From an uncultured Pelagibacteraceae bacterium (GTDB lineage: Bacteria; Pseudomonadota; Alphaproteobacteria; Pelagibacterales; Pelagibacteraceae), in NCBI GenBank assembly GCA_902617715.1, contig CACMXS010000005.1:489-64488 (forward strand): a DNA stretch of 64,000 nucleotides. Direction: 5' to 3'. Below, one piece after another: positions 49,615 through 61,141 of this stretch. The position numbers were made by a program, and so were the translations under genes. The notes below the pieces were generated by a model. It was given only the letters and a program-made list of their open reading frames with translations, did not search any database and was not told the DNA's origin. The stretch's first letter is position 1; each line of letters begins with the position of its first letter.

Positions 49615-50104
49615 TAGTGGTTTCTCTTTTATTTGAAAATACTTCTAAAACAATCATTAAAATAACACCTAAAGTAATAAATATATCTGAAACATTAAAA
49701 ATAAACCAATGAAAATTTTTAATATGAAAATCTATAAAATCTGGAACAGCATTAAAGAAAATACGATCATAAAAATTACCAATTGCACCACCCAAAATCA
49801 TTAATAAAGAATATTTTTTAAAACCCTCATTATTTTTAATCATGAAAAAAATTAAGATAATAACAATTCCAATCATTAACGTTAAAAGATGATAAAAAAT
49901 TTTCTCATCAAATGAAAATAAACCAAATGCAATTCCTTCATTCCAAACTAAGGTAATATTTAAAAACTTTGAGTTAAATAAATCTTGGCCATAATTTCTA
50001 TCATTTAAATAAATTATCACTACTTTGGAGACTCTATCCAAAATAAAGATTGAAATTACTATAAAGAAATTTATATAAAAATTTTTTTTGAATAAATTAA
50101 ACAT
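49601..50104 (-). CDS. lspA: Lipoprotein signal peptidase II
   Basis: LDRVSK, WNEGIAFG, GGAIGNFYDR, VPDFID, FNVSD; ATG at 50104 preferred. Confidence 0.94.
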   Translation of the reverse strand: MFNLFKKNFYINFFIVISIFILDRVSKVVIIYLNDRNYGQDLFNSKFLNITLVWNEGIAFGLFSFDEKIFYHLLTLMIGIVIILIFFMIKNNEGFKKYSLLMILGGAIGNFYDRIFFNAVPDFIDFHIKNFHWFIFNVSDIFITLGVILMIVLEVFSNKRETTNEKI

Positions 50105-52835
50105 TATTTGAGTGAAGACCGCAAATTTCTCTTGCACATCTATCTATTCTTATTTTCCAGCATACTGGACATTTATCTCCTGAAGCTTTTTGAGTATTTA
50201 CAACAATGTCCTCACCATCATTATATATAATTTTCGCCTTAGAAGTTATGCACAGTTCTGATAAATCAATATCAGTAATAATTTTTTTATAATTATTATT
50301 GAGTTGAATATTTATTTCAGCCTCTAAGCTTGAACCAATTTCTTTACTAGCTCTTTTTTCCTCAATACTTGCATTACAAATATTTCTAATTTTGATTAGT
50401 TCTGACCATTTCTTTTCTAATTCCTCATTTTTAAATTTTTTTGGGAAATTTTGGAATTTTTCCAAATGAATACTTTTATTTTTTTTCGAAACTAGCTGAT
50501 ATATCTCTTCGGTTGTAAATGAAAGTATTGGTGCAAACCATTTTAACAATGAATCTAATAAAATATTTAGAATAATTATACACGATTTTCTTTTTTCTGA
50601 ATTTAAAGAATCGCAATAAAGAGTATCCTTTCTAATATCAAAATAAAACGCTGATAAATCTACAGTACAAAAATTTAACAATTCTTTATAAAGGTTGTGA
50701 AAATCGTAATTCTCAAAATATTTAATATATCTTTCATTTAAATTATAAATTTTGTTTAATAAAAATTTTTCAAGTTCTGGTAAACTTTCCAAATTTAAGT
50801 TTTCAAGATCAATATTTTCAAATTTATCATTTAAATTACCTAGCAAGTATCTAAATGTATTCCTTATTTTTCTATAAGATTCAGCATGTTGATCTAAAAT
50901 AGAATAATCAATTCTTAAATCTTCTGCATAGTTAGATGATGCTACCCAAATTCTTAGAATATCTGCTCCGTATTTCTTCAAAATGTCTTCTGGAGCAATT
51001 ACATTTCCTAGAGACTTGGACATTTTTAGACCTTTACCATCAACTACAAATCCATGAGATAAAATAGATTCAAAAGGTGCTCTACCTCGTGTTCCACAAG
51101 ACTCTAACAATGATGAGTGAAACCAGCCTCTATGTTGATCTGATCCTTCAAGATACATTGATGCAGGCCATTTTAAATCATCTCTTTTCTCCAAAACAAA
51201 TGAATGTGTTGAACCACTATCAAACCATACTTCAACAATATCACTCAACTTATCGTAATCATCTGCTTTATACTTAGTTCCTAAAAATTTTTGAGGATCA
51301 TCCGAAAACCAACAATCAGAACCTTCTTTTTCATAAATTCTTGCTATATTTTCAAATACATCTTCATCAATTAAAATTTTATTATTTTTTTTATTTACAA
51401 AAATTGGTAATGGAACTCCCCAAACTCTTTGTCTGGATACGCACCAATCAGGTCTAGTTTCAATCATTGATCTTAACCTATCTTTGCCTTTACTTGGATA
51501 AAAAGTTGTTTCATCAATAGCTTTTAATGCTTTATTTCTTAGTTTATGACTTTCCATAGAGATAAACCATTGTGGGGTTGCTCTATGAACTAGGGGTGCT
51601 TTTGAACGCCAAGAATGAGGGTAAGAATGAACAAGCTCACCATTTGCTAGAAGTTTTTTTTGTTCTTTAAGTTTTTCTATAACTAAATGATTGGCTTTAA
51701 AAATGTGTATTCCTTCAAACATAGCCACATTTTTTGTATATTTTCCATCCCCATCTACTGTTTCGATGGCTTTAATTCCATTATTTAAACATAAATTAAA
51801 ATCGTCAGGTCCATGGCTTGGAGCACAATGTACTATTCCTGTCCCCTGTTCAGTAGTAACAAAACGAGCTTCTAAAAGTGGGATATCATAATCATAACCC
51901 AAATCAAAAAAAGGATGTTTACAAACTGTATCTTTTAGTTCTTTTCCTTTAATCTTTTTTAAAATTTCGTATTTTTCAATATTACAATCCTTTTTAACAG
52001 ACTCTAATAATTCATCAGCTACAACTATCTTCCTGTTTTTGAAATCAGTGTTGTCAAAAATTTTAATCAATAAATAATCTAAATTCTCATTGTAAGCTAA
52101 AGCTTTATTTGCAGGTATCGTCCAAGGGGTAGTGGTCCAAATAACCATGTCACTATCACTTAATTCTTTAATATTTGATTTTTTTACTTGAAATGATGCA
52201 TAAATAGTATCAGATTTATGATCTTGATATTCAACTTCTGCATCTGCTAAAGCAGTTTTTTCAACGGTAGACCATAATACAGGCTTAAAGCCTCTGTATA
52301 AGCTACCCTCTTTTAAAAACTTTCCAAGCTCTCTTACAATTTGCGCCTCGGCATCATAACTCATTGTGGAATAATAGTTTTCCCAATCTCCCACAACGCC
52401 TAATCTCTTAAATTGTTCTTTATGAATTTCGATCCATTTCTCTGCAAAAGTTCTACATTCTTTTCTGAATTCGACTATAGGAACTTCATTTTTATTTTTT
52501 TTATTTTTTTTATACTGTTCTTCAATTTTCCATTCAATAGGTAAACCATGGCAATCCCATCCAGGAACATATACTGAGTCTTTACCATCCATTTGGTGAA
52601 ATTTTACAATTATATCTTTTAAAATTTTGTTAAGTGCTGTTCCCATATGTATGTTTCCATTTGCATAAGGAGGGCCATCGTGAAGAACAAACTTTTCTTT
52701 ACCTTTTCTTGAATTTCTTAATTCCTTATAAAGATTTATTTTGTCCCAAAATTTTAAAAATTCTGGCTCCCTTGTTGGTAAATTTGCCTTCATTGAAAAA
52801 GCTGTTTTAGGTAAATTAATTTGAAATTTGCTCAT
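50097..52835 (-). CDS. ileS: Isoleucyl-tRNA synthetase (type 1)
   Basis: HDGPPYANG.IHMG, GWDCHGLPIE, WTTTPWT, KMSKS, C-terminal Zn finger CPVCW. Confidence 0.98.
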   Translation of the reverse strand: MSKFQINLPKTAFSMKANLPTREPEFLKFWDKINLYKELRNSRKGKEKFVLHDGPPYANGNIHMGTALNKILKDIIVKFHQMDGKDSVYVPGWDCHGLPIEWKIEEQYKKNKKNKNEVPIVEFRKECRTFAEKWIEIHKEQFKRLGVVGDWENYYSTMSYDAEAQIVRELGKFLKEGSLYRGFKPVLWSTVEKTALADAEVEYQDHKSDTIYASFQVKKSNIKELSDSDMVIWTTTPWTIPANKALAYNENLDYLLIKIFDNTDFKNRKIVVADELLESVKKDCNIEKYEILKKIKGKELKDTVCKHPFFDLGYDYDIPLLEARFVTTEQGTGIVHCAPSHGPDDFNLCLNNGIKAIETVDGDGKYTKNVAMFEGIHIFKANHLVIEKLKEQKKLLANGELVHSYPHSWRSKAPLVHRATPQWFISMESHKLRNKALKAIDETTFYPSKGKDRLRSMIETRPDWCVSRQRVWGVPLPIFVNKKNNKILIDEDVFENIARIYEKEGSDCWFSDDPQKFLGTKYKADDYDKLSDIVEVWFDSGSTHSFVLEKRDDLKWPASMYLEGSDQHRGWFHSSLLESCGTRGRAPFESILSHGFVVDGKGLKMSKSLGNVIAPEDILKKYGADILRIWVASSNYAEDLRIDYSILDQHAESYRKIRNTFRYLLGNLNDKFENIDLENLNLESLPELEKFLLNKIYNLNERYIKYFENYDFHNLYKELLNFCTVDLSAFYFDIRKDTLYCDSLNSEKRKSCIIILNILLDSLLKWFAPILSFTTEEIYQLVSKKNKSIHLEKFQNFPKKFKNEELEKKWSELIKIRNICNASIEEKRASKEIGSSLEAEINIQLNNNYKKIITDIDLSELCITSKAKIIYNDGEDIVVNTQKASGDKCPVCWKIRIDRCAREICGLHSNNV

Positions 52836-53764
52836 TATATTTTTTTTGCTTTTTGTAAATCTATTTTAATCTGCTTTTTTAATTGACCTATGTCTTTGAA
52901 TTTTTTTTCTTTTCTAATAAATTTTAAAAAATTTACTGTTAAATACTTATTATATAGATTTTCAGAAAAATTAAATAGATGAACTTCTAATAATATTTTT
53001 TTTTGGTTAAAAGTGGGCCTATATCCTAAATTTGCTATTCCCTTTATAAATTTTTCACTATTTTGTTTTTTAACTTTTACAGCATAAACTCCTGGTTTAG
53101 CTAGCACATAATCCTTTATATCAATGTTGGCCGTTGGAAATCCAATTTTTTTTCCCAATTGTCTGCCTTTGATTACTTTCCCGTAAATAGACCAATGTCT
53201 ATTTAAAAACTTATTTACTTTATTTAAATTTCCATTTTCTAGCAACCTTCGTATAAGAGTAGAGGATATAACCTTTCTACTTTGAGATAATGGCTGAGGT
53301 TTGATAATTTTATATTTGCATAAAGCTTCGAACTTTATCAATTGTTTTACATTTCCCTCTCTTTTATTACCAAACCTAAAATTATTACTTACAAATATAA
53401 ATTTTGCTTTTAATTTTTTTGATAAAATTTTCTTAATAAAATTAATTGACTTTGTTTTTGAAAATTCTTTATCAAATTTTTTAATTATCACAAAATCAAC
53501 ATTAAATTTTTTTAATAGAGTTATTTTTTGGTTTTGGTTTGAAATTCTAAAATTTGTTAAACTTTTATCAAAAAACATTTTTGGCATTGGCTCAAATGTT
53601 AAAACACCAATCTTTAAAGAATATTTCTTTTTAAAATTTTGAGCTAAGCGGAATAACTTTTGATGACCTAAATGTAATCCATCAAAATTACCTATCAACA
53701 GTATCGAATTTTTATGATTAAATTTGATATTAAAATTATTATATATTTTAATTGATTTTACCAT
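52835..53764 (-). CDS. ribF: Bifunctional riboflavin kinase/FAD synthetase
   Basis: GNFDGLHLGH, TFEP, ISSTLIR, GFPTAN, GYRPTF, LEVH. Confidence 0.96.
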   Translation of the reverse strand: MVKSIKIYNNFNIKFNHKNSILLIGNFDGLHLGHQKLFRLAQNFKKKYSLKIGVLTFEPMPKMFFDKSLTNFRISNQNQKITLLKKFNVDFVIIKKFDKEFSKTKSINFIKKILSKKLKAKFIFVSNNFRFGNKREGNVKQLIKFEALCKYKIIKPQPLSQSRKVISSTLIRRLLENGNLNKVNKFLNRHWSIYGKVIKGRQLGKKIGFPTANIDIKDYVLAKPGVYAVKVKKQNSEKFIKGIANLGYRPTFNQKKILLEVHLFNFSENLYNKYLTVNFLKFIRKEKKFKDIGQLKKQIKIDLQKAKKI

Positions 53765-54576
53765 TTAAGTTCTGATTGAATATAATTGCAAATAGTTTCA
53801 TAAGACTTCGCTGTTTTTTCAATTCCATTTTTTTCAATTTCGTTTTTATGAATTCCATTAGAGATAATTAATGAGTCATAGTTTAGCAAATTTGCACCTT
53901 TAATGTCAGTATTTAAGTTATCACCTATAGAAAGAATTTTCTTATATTTATTATTAATTGATTGATTGTAAACTTCAGGATATGGTTTACCAAAATACAC
54001 TACATCACCACCCATTTTTTCAAAGACCATAGCAACCGATCCAGCACAGAACTCTCTTACATTTCCTCTATCAACTATAAGATCTGGATTAGTACAAATC
54101 ATTTTTTTTTTGAGATGTTTTTCAAACAAATTTTTGTAAAAAATTAAATCTTTATCATGATCGTCAAACAACCCAGTACATAAAATATACTCACTTTTTT
54201 CAATATCAGATGTTTTGTTATTTTGAAAATTTTTGAATAAATCAAAATCTCTTGGGGGTCCAACATGAAAAAAAGTTTTATTTAGAAAGTTTTTTTTCAA
54301 GTAATTTAATGCTGCTTCTCCTGATGTGAAAACGTGATCTCTAATTTCTTTTTCCATACCCATTTTCTCCAAAAATTTTTTTACTGAACTATTGGGTCTA
54401 GGTGCATTGGTTAAAAGAACATAGTCCTTTTTTTTTTTAGAAATTTGTTTTAAAACATTGATTGCCTCTTTATGTAAGTTAATACCATTGTGAACAACTC
54501 CCCATAAATCAATATAAAAAAGTTGATAGTTGTCTGCTATAGAATTAAGTCCTATTTTATCCAAATTTTTAGTCAT
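53758..54576 (-). CDS. HAD-superfamily hydrolase subfamily IIA (TIGR01459-like)
   Basis: DLWGVVHNG, LTNAPR, CTNPD, GKPY, IGDNLNTDI. Confidence 0.88.
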   Translation of the reverse strand: MTKNLDKIGLNSIADNYQLFYIDLWGVVHNGINLHKEAINVLKQISKKKKDYVLLTNAPRPNSSVKKFLEKMGMEKEIRDHVFTSGEAALNYLKKNFLNKTFFHVGPPRDFDLFKNFQNNKTSDIEKSEYILCTGLFDDHDKDLIFYKNLFEKHLKKKMICTNPDLIVDRGNVREFCAGSVAMVFEKMGGDVVYFGKPYPEVYNQSINNKYKKILSIGDNLNTDIKGANLLNYDSLIISNGIHKNEIEKNGIEKTAKSYETICNYIQSELKW

Positions 54577-54645
54577 CAAAATAATCTATAAACCAAAAAA
54601 TCCTTAAATTCCTATATTTTTTAACGAACTTATTTCTAACTATAT

Positions 54646-54673
54646 CTTGAAATAGTTTCACCAATCTCTATAT
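54646..54673 (+). promoter_or_regulatory. Putative RpoH (sigma32) heat-shock promoter of groESL
   Basis: CTTGAA (54646-54651), 14-nt spacer, CTCTATAT (54666-54673); resembles the alphaproteobacterial RpoH consensus. Confidence 0.7.
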
Positions 54674-54700
54674 GAAGTCCATATTTATAAAGGAGAATTT

Positions 54701-54991
54701 ATGAAATTTAGACCATTACACGATCGTGTTCTAATTGAGGTTTTAGATAGTAGTGAAAAAACTGCTGGTGGAATAATCATTCCAGATACAGCGCAAGAAA
54801 AACCACAAGAAGGTAAAGTTGTAGCTGTTGGAGGTGGTGCAAAAACTGAAGATGGAAAAAAAATTCCGATGGATGTTAAAGTTGGAGACAAAGTTTTATT
54901 TGGCAAATGGTCAGGAACTGAAGTCAAAATTGATGGTAAAGAATACAGCATAATGAAAGAGTCAGACATTATGGGTATTTCAAGTAAATAA
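54701..54991 (+). CDS. groES: Co-chaperonin GroES
   Basis: [25 protein letters not shown]; AAGGAG RBS upstream. Confidence 0.99.
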   Translation: MKFRPLHDRVLIEVLDSSEKTAGGIIIPDTAQEKPQEGKVVAVGGGAKTEDGKKIPMDVKVGDKVLFGKWSGTEVKIDGKEYSIMKESDIMGISSK

Positions 54992-54996
54992 TATAA

Positions 54997-56676
<1,680 letters not shown>

Positions 56677-56700
56677 CCCAATAACTTCTAATCAAAATTT

Positions 56701-56731
56701 AAAAAGGGCAGTTTTTACTGCCCTTTTTTTT
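56701..56731 (+). terminator. Rho-independent terminator after groEL
   Basis: AAAAAGGGCAGT-TTTT-ACTGCCCTTTTTTTT: perfect stem followed by a U-tract (A-tract on the other side). Confidence 0.92.
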
Positions 56732-56764
56732 ACTTAAAAAAATTTGTAATATAGAACCATCATT

Positions 56765-56881
56765 ATGTCGAAAAGATACAGCGGAAAATCATTTAAAGAC
56801 TCTAGTATTAAAAAAAAACCTAAATTAAGCTTTAAAGAAAAAAGAAAACTAAAACGCGAAAAACGAAAAAATACAAATTAA
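56765..56881 (+). CDS. 38-aa highly basic small protein (hypothetical)
   Basis: Translated by hand: MSKRYSGKSFKDSSIKKKPKLSFKEKRKLKREKRKNTN*. Fills an otherwise unusually long spacer between the groEL terminator and typA. Not in the ORF track. Confidence 0.6.
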   Translation: MSKRYSGKSFKDSSIKKKPKLSFKEKRKLKREKRKNTN

Positions 56882-56966
56882 AAAAAAAACACTTAATTTA
56901 TTCAAGCCTAGCAAAGGTTTTTTTAAGTTTTCAAAAGTGTTTAAATATGTATAAGAACCCAGATTT

Positions 56967-58793
56967 ATGAATAATACTATAAGAAACATCACCATAATTG
57001 CCCATGTTGATCATGGCAAAACAACCTTAATTGATAACCTAATGAAGCAAAGTGGTTCATTTAGAGAAAATGAGGTTGTAGATGAAAGGCTGATGGATTC
57101 TGGAGAATTAGAAAAAGAGAGAGGCATTACAATATTAGCTAAACCTGCCTCGATTAATTGGAAAGACTCAAGGATCAATATAATTGATACGCCCGGCCAC
57201 AGAGATTTTGCTGCTGAAGTTGAAAGAGTGCTTAGTATGGCTGATGGAGCTTTATTACTTATAGACTCTGCTGAAGGCGTAATGCCTCAAACAAAATTCG
57301 TTTTAGCAAAAGCATTAAAACAAGGCTTAAAACCAATAGTCGTTATAAATAAATTAGATAAAGCAGATCAAAGAGCCAATGAAGTTCTAGATGAAACATT
57401 TGATTTATTTGTAAGTTTAGACGCTAATGAAGAACAACTAGATTTTCCAGTTTTATATGCCAGTGGAAGATCTGGTTGGGCTGATCTTGAAGTTGATGGT
57501 CCAAGAGAAAATCTTAATCCACTTTTAGATAAAATAATAGACCATGTAAAACCAGCTGAATTGGATAAATCTAAACCTTTTGCTATGCTTTCTACACTTC
57601 TTTATGCTGACAGCTTTTTAGGAAGAAGTTTAGTAGGTCGAATTTCACAAGGAACAGCAAAAGCTAATCAAGCAATAAAAGCTATCAATTTAAAAGGAGA
57701 AAAAGTTGATGAAGGTAGGTTAACTAAAATTTTTAGATACGAAGGAACTAAAAAAGTTCCAATTGAAGTTGGTGAAGCTGGAGATATTGTGGTTGTTGCG
57801 GGTTTAGAAAAAGCTAACGTTGCAGATACTATCTGTGATCTTGAAGTAAACGATCCAATAGAAGCTACTCCTATAGATCCTCCAACTATGTCAATTACAA
57901 TCACAGTAAATACATCGCCTTTAGCTGGCACTGAAGGTAAAAAACTTACAAGTACACAGATTAGAGATCGATTAGTTCAAGAGGCACAAAATAACGTTGG
58001 AATTACATTCACTGAAAATGAGGGAAATGATTCTTTTGTGGTTAGTGGTCGTGGTGAACTAATGTTGGAAATTTTACTTACTCAAATGAGAAGAGAAGGT
58101 TTTGAAATGACAGTGAGTCCTCCAAAAGTTCTTTATAAAAAAGATGAAAATGGAAACAAGCTTGAGCCATTAGAAGAAATTACCATGGATCTTGACGAAG
58201 AGCATTCATCAAAAATAATTGATTCAATGAATAGAAGAAAAGGAAAACTAATAGAATTAAAAGATACTGGTAAAAATAAAAAGAGACTTATATTTCATGC
58301 GCCAACAAGAGGTTTAATGGGATATACAAGTAGATTTTTAACACTTACAAAAGGAAATGGTGTCATCAATAGAATTTTTCATGAATATGGTCCATTTGAA
58401 GGTGAAATGGAAGGCAGAAGAAATGGTGCTCTAATTTCTATGGAACAAGGAAAGGCAGTTGCTTTTGCAATCTTTAATCTACAGGCTAGAGGAGAAATGT
58501 TTGTAACTCATAACGATCCTGTTTATCCAGGAATGATTGTAGGACTATCACCCAAGCCAGGAGATATGATTATTAATGTTATGAAGGGAAAAAAATTAAC
58601 TAATATGCGTACACAAGGTACGGATGAAAATGTTGTCTTAACTCCAGTTAGAAAAATGTCAATTGCTGAACAACTAAGTATGTTAAATACTGATGAGGCT
58701 TTAGAAATAACTCCTGAGTCTTGTAGGCTAAGAAAAGCTATTCTTGATCCTCATGAAAGAAAAAGAAGTGAAAAATCAGGCGCTGCTGCCTAA
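56967..58793 (+). CDS. typA: Translational GTPase TypA/BipA
   Basis: AHVDHGKTT, ERGITI, DTPGH, NKLD, GRGEL, KKLTNMR, EITP. Confidence 0.97.
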   Translation: MNNTIRNITIIAHVDHGKTTLIDNLMKQSGSFRENEVVDERLMDSGELEKERGITILAKPASINWKDSRINIIDTPGHRDFAAEVERVLSMADGALLLIDSAEGVMPQTKFVLAKALKQGLKPIVVINKLDKADQRANEVLDETFDLFVSLDANEEQLDFPVLYASGRSGWADLEVDGPRENLNPLLDKIIDHVKPAELDKSKPFAMLSTLLYADSFLGRSLVGRISQGTAKANQAIKAINLKGEKVDEGRLTKIFRYEGTKKVPIEVGEAGDIVVVAGLEKANVADTICDLEVNDPIEATPIDPPTMSITITVNTSPLAGTEGKKLTSTQIRDRLVQEAQNNVGITFTENEGNDSFVVSGRGELMLEILLTQMRREGFEMTVSPPKVLYKKDENGNKLEPLEEITMDLDEEHSSKIIDSMNRRKGKLIELKDTGKNKKRLIFHAPTRGLMGYTSRFLTLTKGNGVINRIFHEYGPFEGEMEGRRNGALISMEQGKAVAFAIFNLQARGEMFVTHNDPVYPGMIVGLSPKPGDMIINVMKGKKLTNMRTQGTDENVVLTPVRKMSIAEQLSMLNTDEALEITPESCRLRKAILDPHERKRSEKSGAAA

Positions 58794-59437
58794 TCAAAAA
58801 TTTTATCAACTAAAAACAAACCTAGTGCAACGCACGGACCAATACCAAAAGCGAACAAAAGAGTTCCGACACCTACTGTTCCACCTAAATACCAGCCAAT
58901 ACTTACAACAGAAATTTCTAAAAAAGCTCTAACGGCTGCCACTGGTAAATTAGTTACTTTTTGTAAACCAATCATTAATCCATCTCTTGGTCCTGCACCA
59001 AGATTAGAAACTAAATAAATGCCCCCACCTATTCCAACCATCATTACAGAAATTACTGCTAGGATTAATTGATTAAGATAATTAGACGGGGTTGGTACAA
59101 AATTAATACAAAGATCAATCATAAAGGCTATTATTAAGGCATTAAATATTGTGCCCATTCCTGGTTTTTGACCAAGAGGAATCCATAAAATTAAGACAGC
59201 AATACTTATTAAAAGAGTAATTGTTCCAATACTTAAATTAACATTTAAGGAAATACCTTGAGCTAAAACACTCCACGGAGAAGCACCTGTAAAAGAAACA
59301 ATCAATAACCCTTCACCAAGACCAAACAACGTCAGACCAAAACATAAAAAAAAGAAAGTGGAAAATTTTGGTTTAAAATTATATGGCTTGTCAGAACTCC
59401 AATTTACTTTTGGTATTTTCTTTATTTTTAAAAACAT
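58790..59437 (-). CDS. YczE/YitT-family integral membrane protein
   Basis: GASPW, PGMGTI.N, GAGPRDGLM, GGTVGVGT. Confidence 0.85.
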   Translation of the reverse strand: MFLKIKKIPKVNWSSDKPYNFKPKFSTFFFLCFGLTLFGLGEGLLIVSFTGASPWSVLAQGISLNVNLSIGTITLLISIAVLILWIPLGQKPGMGTIFNALIIAFMIDLCINFVPTPSNYLNQLILAVISVMMVGIGGGIYLVSNLGAGPRDGLMIGLQKVTNLPVAAVRAFLEISVVSIGWYLGGTVGVGTLLFAFGIGPCVALGLFLVDKIFD

Positions 59438-59487
59438 CTTAATAAGTTATTTCTATTATAGATAAAGTCCACTAATGTAATAGCCAA

Positions 59488-60168
59488 ATGAAAAAATTTA
59501 TAGCCATTTTATTTATTGTAATTTTTCCAGTTATTTCCATGGCACATATAGGTCACTACAATAAATATAACAAAATTGAAATGGAGATTTTTAGAAATGG
59601 TGAATTAATTGGATACAATTATTATTTTTTTGAGAGAAATGGTGAGGAAACCATTATAACAAATCAATTTAAATTTTCTGTTGTTATCTTAGGTGCTAAA
59701 ATTTTTGAGGTCGAATCTTATGGTGAAGAAAAATATATCAAAGATCAGTTGATATCATATAATTCTAAAACCCTTCAAAATGATAAAGAAAAATTTGTAA
59801 ATTTAAATTTAAATAAAAATAGTAAAAAATTTGATATTAAAGGCTCCTCATTCAATGGCGAAGCGAACCTTAATAACGTTATTGGAAATTGGTGGAATCA
59901 TAAAATTTTACAGGCAGGGTCTCAAATAAGCCCAATATCTGGAAGTATTAAAGAACAGGTTGTTACTTTTATAGGAAAAGAAAAAATTGATCTTTATGGA
60001 AAAATTTATGATTCTGATCATTTTACACTTAAATCTAAAGATATGAATATTCCTAAAGATAAACGATTAGACTTTAATATTTGGTATGATCAAGAAAATT
60101 TAAGAATTTTGAAAGTGACTTACTCAAGGATGGGTAATTGGGAATACAGATTAAAAAGCTTTGAATAA
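59488..60168 (+). CDS. Exported beta-rich protein, DUF6134-like
   Basis: Signal peptide ending SMA; IFRNG..IG, GNWWNH, IWYD pattern. Confidence 0.6.
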   Translation: MKKFIAILFIVIFPVISMAHIGHYNKYNKIEMEIFRNGELIGYNYYFFERNGEETIITNQFKFSVVILGAKIFEVESYGEEKYIKDQLISYNSKTLQNDKEKFVNLNLNKNSKKFDIKGSSFNGEANLNNVIGNWWNHKILQAGSQISPISGSIKEQVVTFIGKEKIDLYGKIYDSDHFTLKSKDMNIPKDKRLDFNIWYDQENLRILKVTYSRMGNWEYRLKSFE

Positions 60169-60169
60169 T

Positions 60170-61141
60170 TTATCTTGAAATTTTTTTAAATAAGTCCTGT
60201 GCACTTATCCACCCTGACTCTAGTCTTGGCCCTACAAACCAATCAGCACAAACACCTATTTTTTTCTTTGGATCCCAATAACTTTTAATTTTGAAAGGTT
60301 TTGAATTGGAAGAATATTTCCAACCATGATTAAGAGAAAAATTAATTTTTGTTTTTTTTATATTTGAAAGTTGAAAGAACTTATCAATCATAATTTTTGA
60401 ATTCTCTTTCTTATTATTTTTATTTTGATTAATCTTTTTATTTGCCCAATTAAAAGTGCTTTGAAGGGTCCATAAATCATATTTTGATTTAAATCTTTTT
60501 TTTGAGTTTTCATTGCCTGCCCAACCAAGAATTGGATCTTCGAAAAGATAGCTACTATTTGATTTCTTGTTTTTTTTTATTGCAATCATAGTAGTGATAT
60601 TTGCATCCATTTTTATTGATTTTTTTAAAAAAGAATTATTTATGAATCTTTTAGAGAGTTTTTTTAATTGTGGAAAAGGACAGGTCAAAATAATACTTTT
60701 AAAAGATTTCAATTTTCCATCAGCAAATGATAAATGCCAAAGTTTATTTTTATAATGAATTTTTTTTAATTCACTTTGATAGTTACACTTAATTTTTTTT
60801 AATAAGTACTTGCTAATATCATTGTTTCCGTTTTTACCTATAATTTTCAGATGTTTTTTATTTTCTTTTTTTTTGGAGTTAAGAAAAACGTGTTTACCAC
60901 CCCAAACCTTTAAAATTCTTTTTTTAATTAAATCTTTGGTAAATTTTTTAAACTCCGGGGTTTTTGGTGAAAAGTATTGAGTGCCATGATCAAAGCCTAT
61001 ATTGTCTTTCATTCTTTTGAAAGATGCACGTCCTCCTGGACCTCTTGCTTTGTCAAACAGGATTACTGAATTTTTTTTATTAAGAAGATTCGCAATCGTA
61101 GCTCCAGAAATACCTGAGCCGATTACGCAAAATTCACTCAT
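60170..61141 (-). CDS. Renalase-like NAD(P)/FAD-dependent oxidoreductase
   Basis: IGSGISG, FDKARGPGGR, FDHGTQYF, HGWKYS, CADWF..PRLESGW. Confidence 0.85.
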   Translation of the reverse strand: MSEFCVIGSGISGATIANLLNKKNSVILFDKARGPGGRASFKRMKDNIGFDHGTQYFSPKTPEFKKFTKDLIKKRILKVWGGKHVFLNSKKKENKKHLKIIGKNGNNDISKYLLKKIKCNYQSELKKIHYKNKLWHLSFADGKLKSFKSIILTCPFPQLKKLSKRFINNSFLKKSIKMDANITTMIAIKKNKKSNSSYLFEDPILGWAGNENSKKRFKSKYDLWTLQSTFNWANKKINQNKNNKKENSKIMIDKFFQLSNIKKTKINFSLNHGWKYSSNSKPFKIKSYWDPKKKIGVCADWFVGPRLESGWISAQDLFKKISR

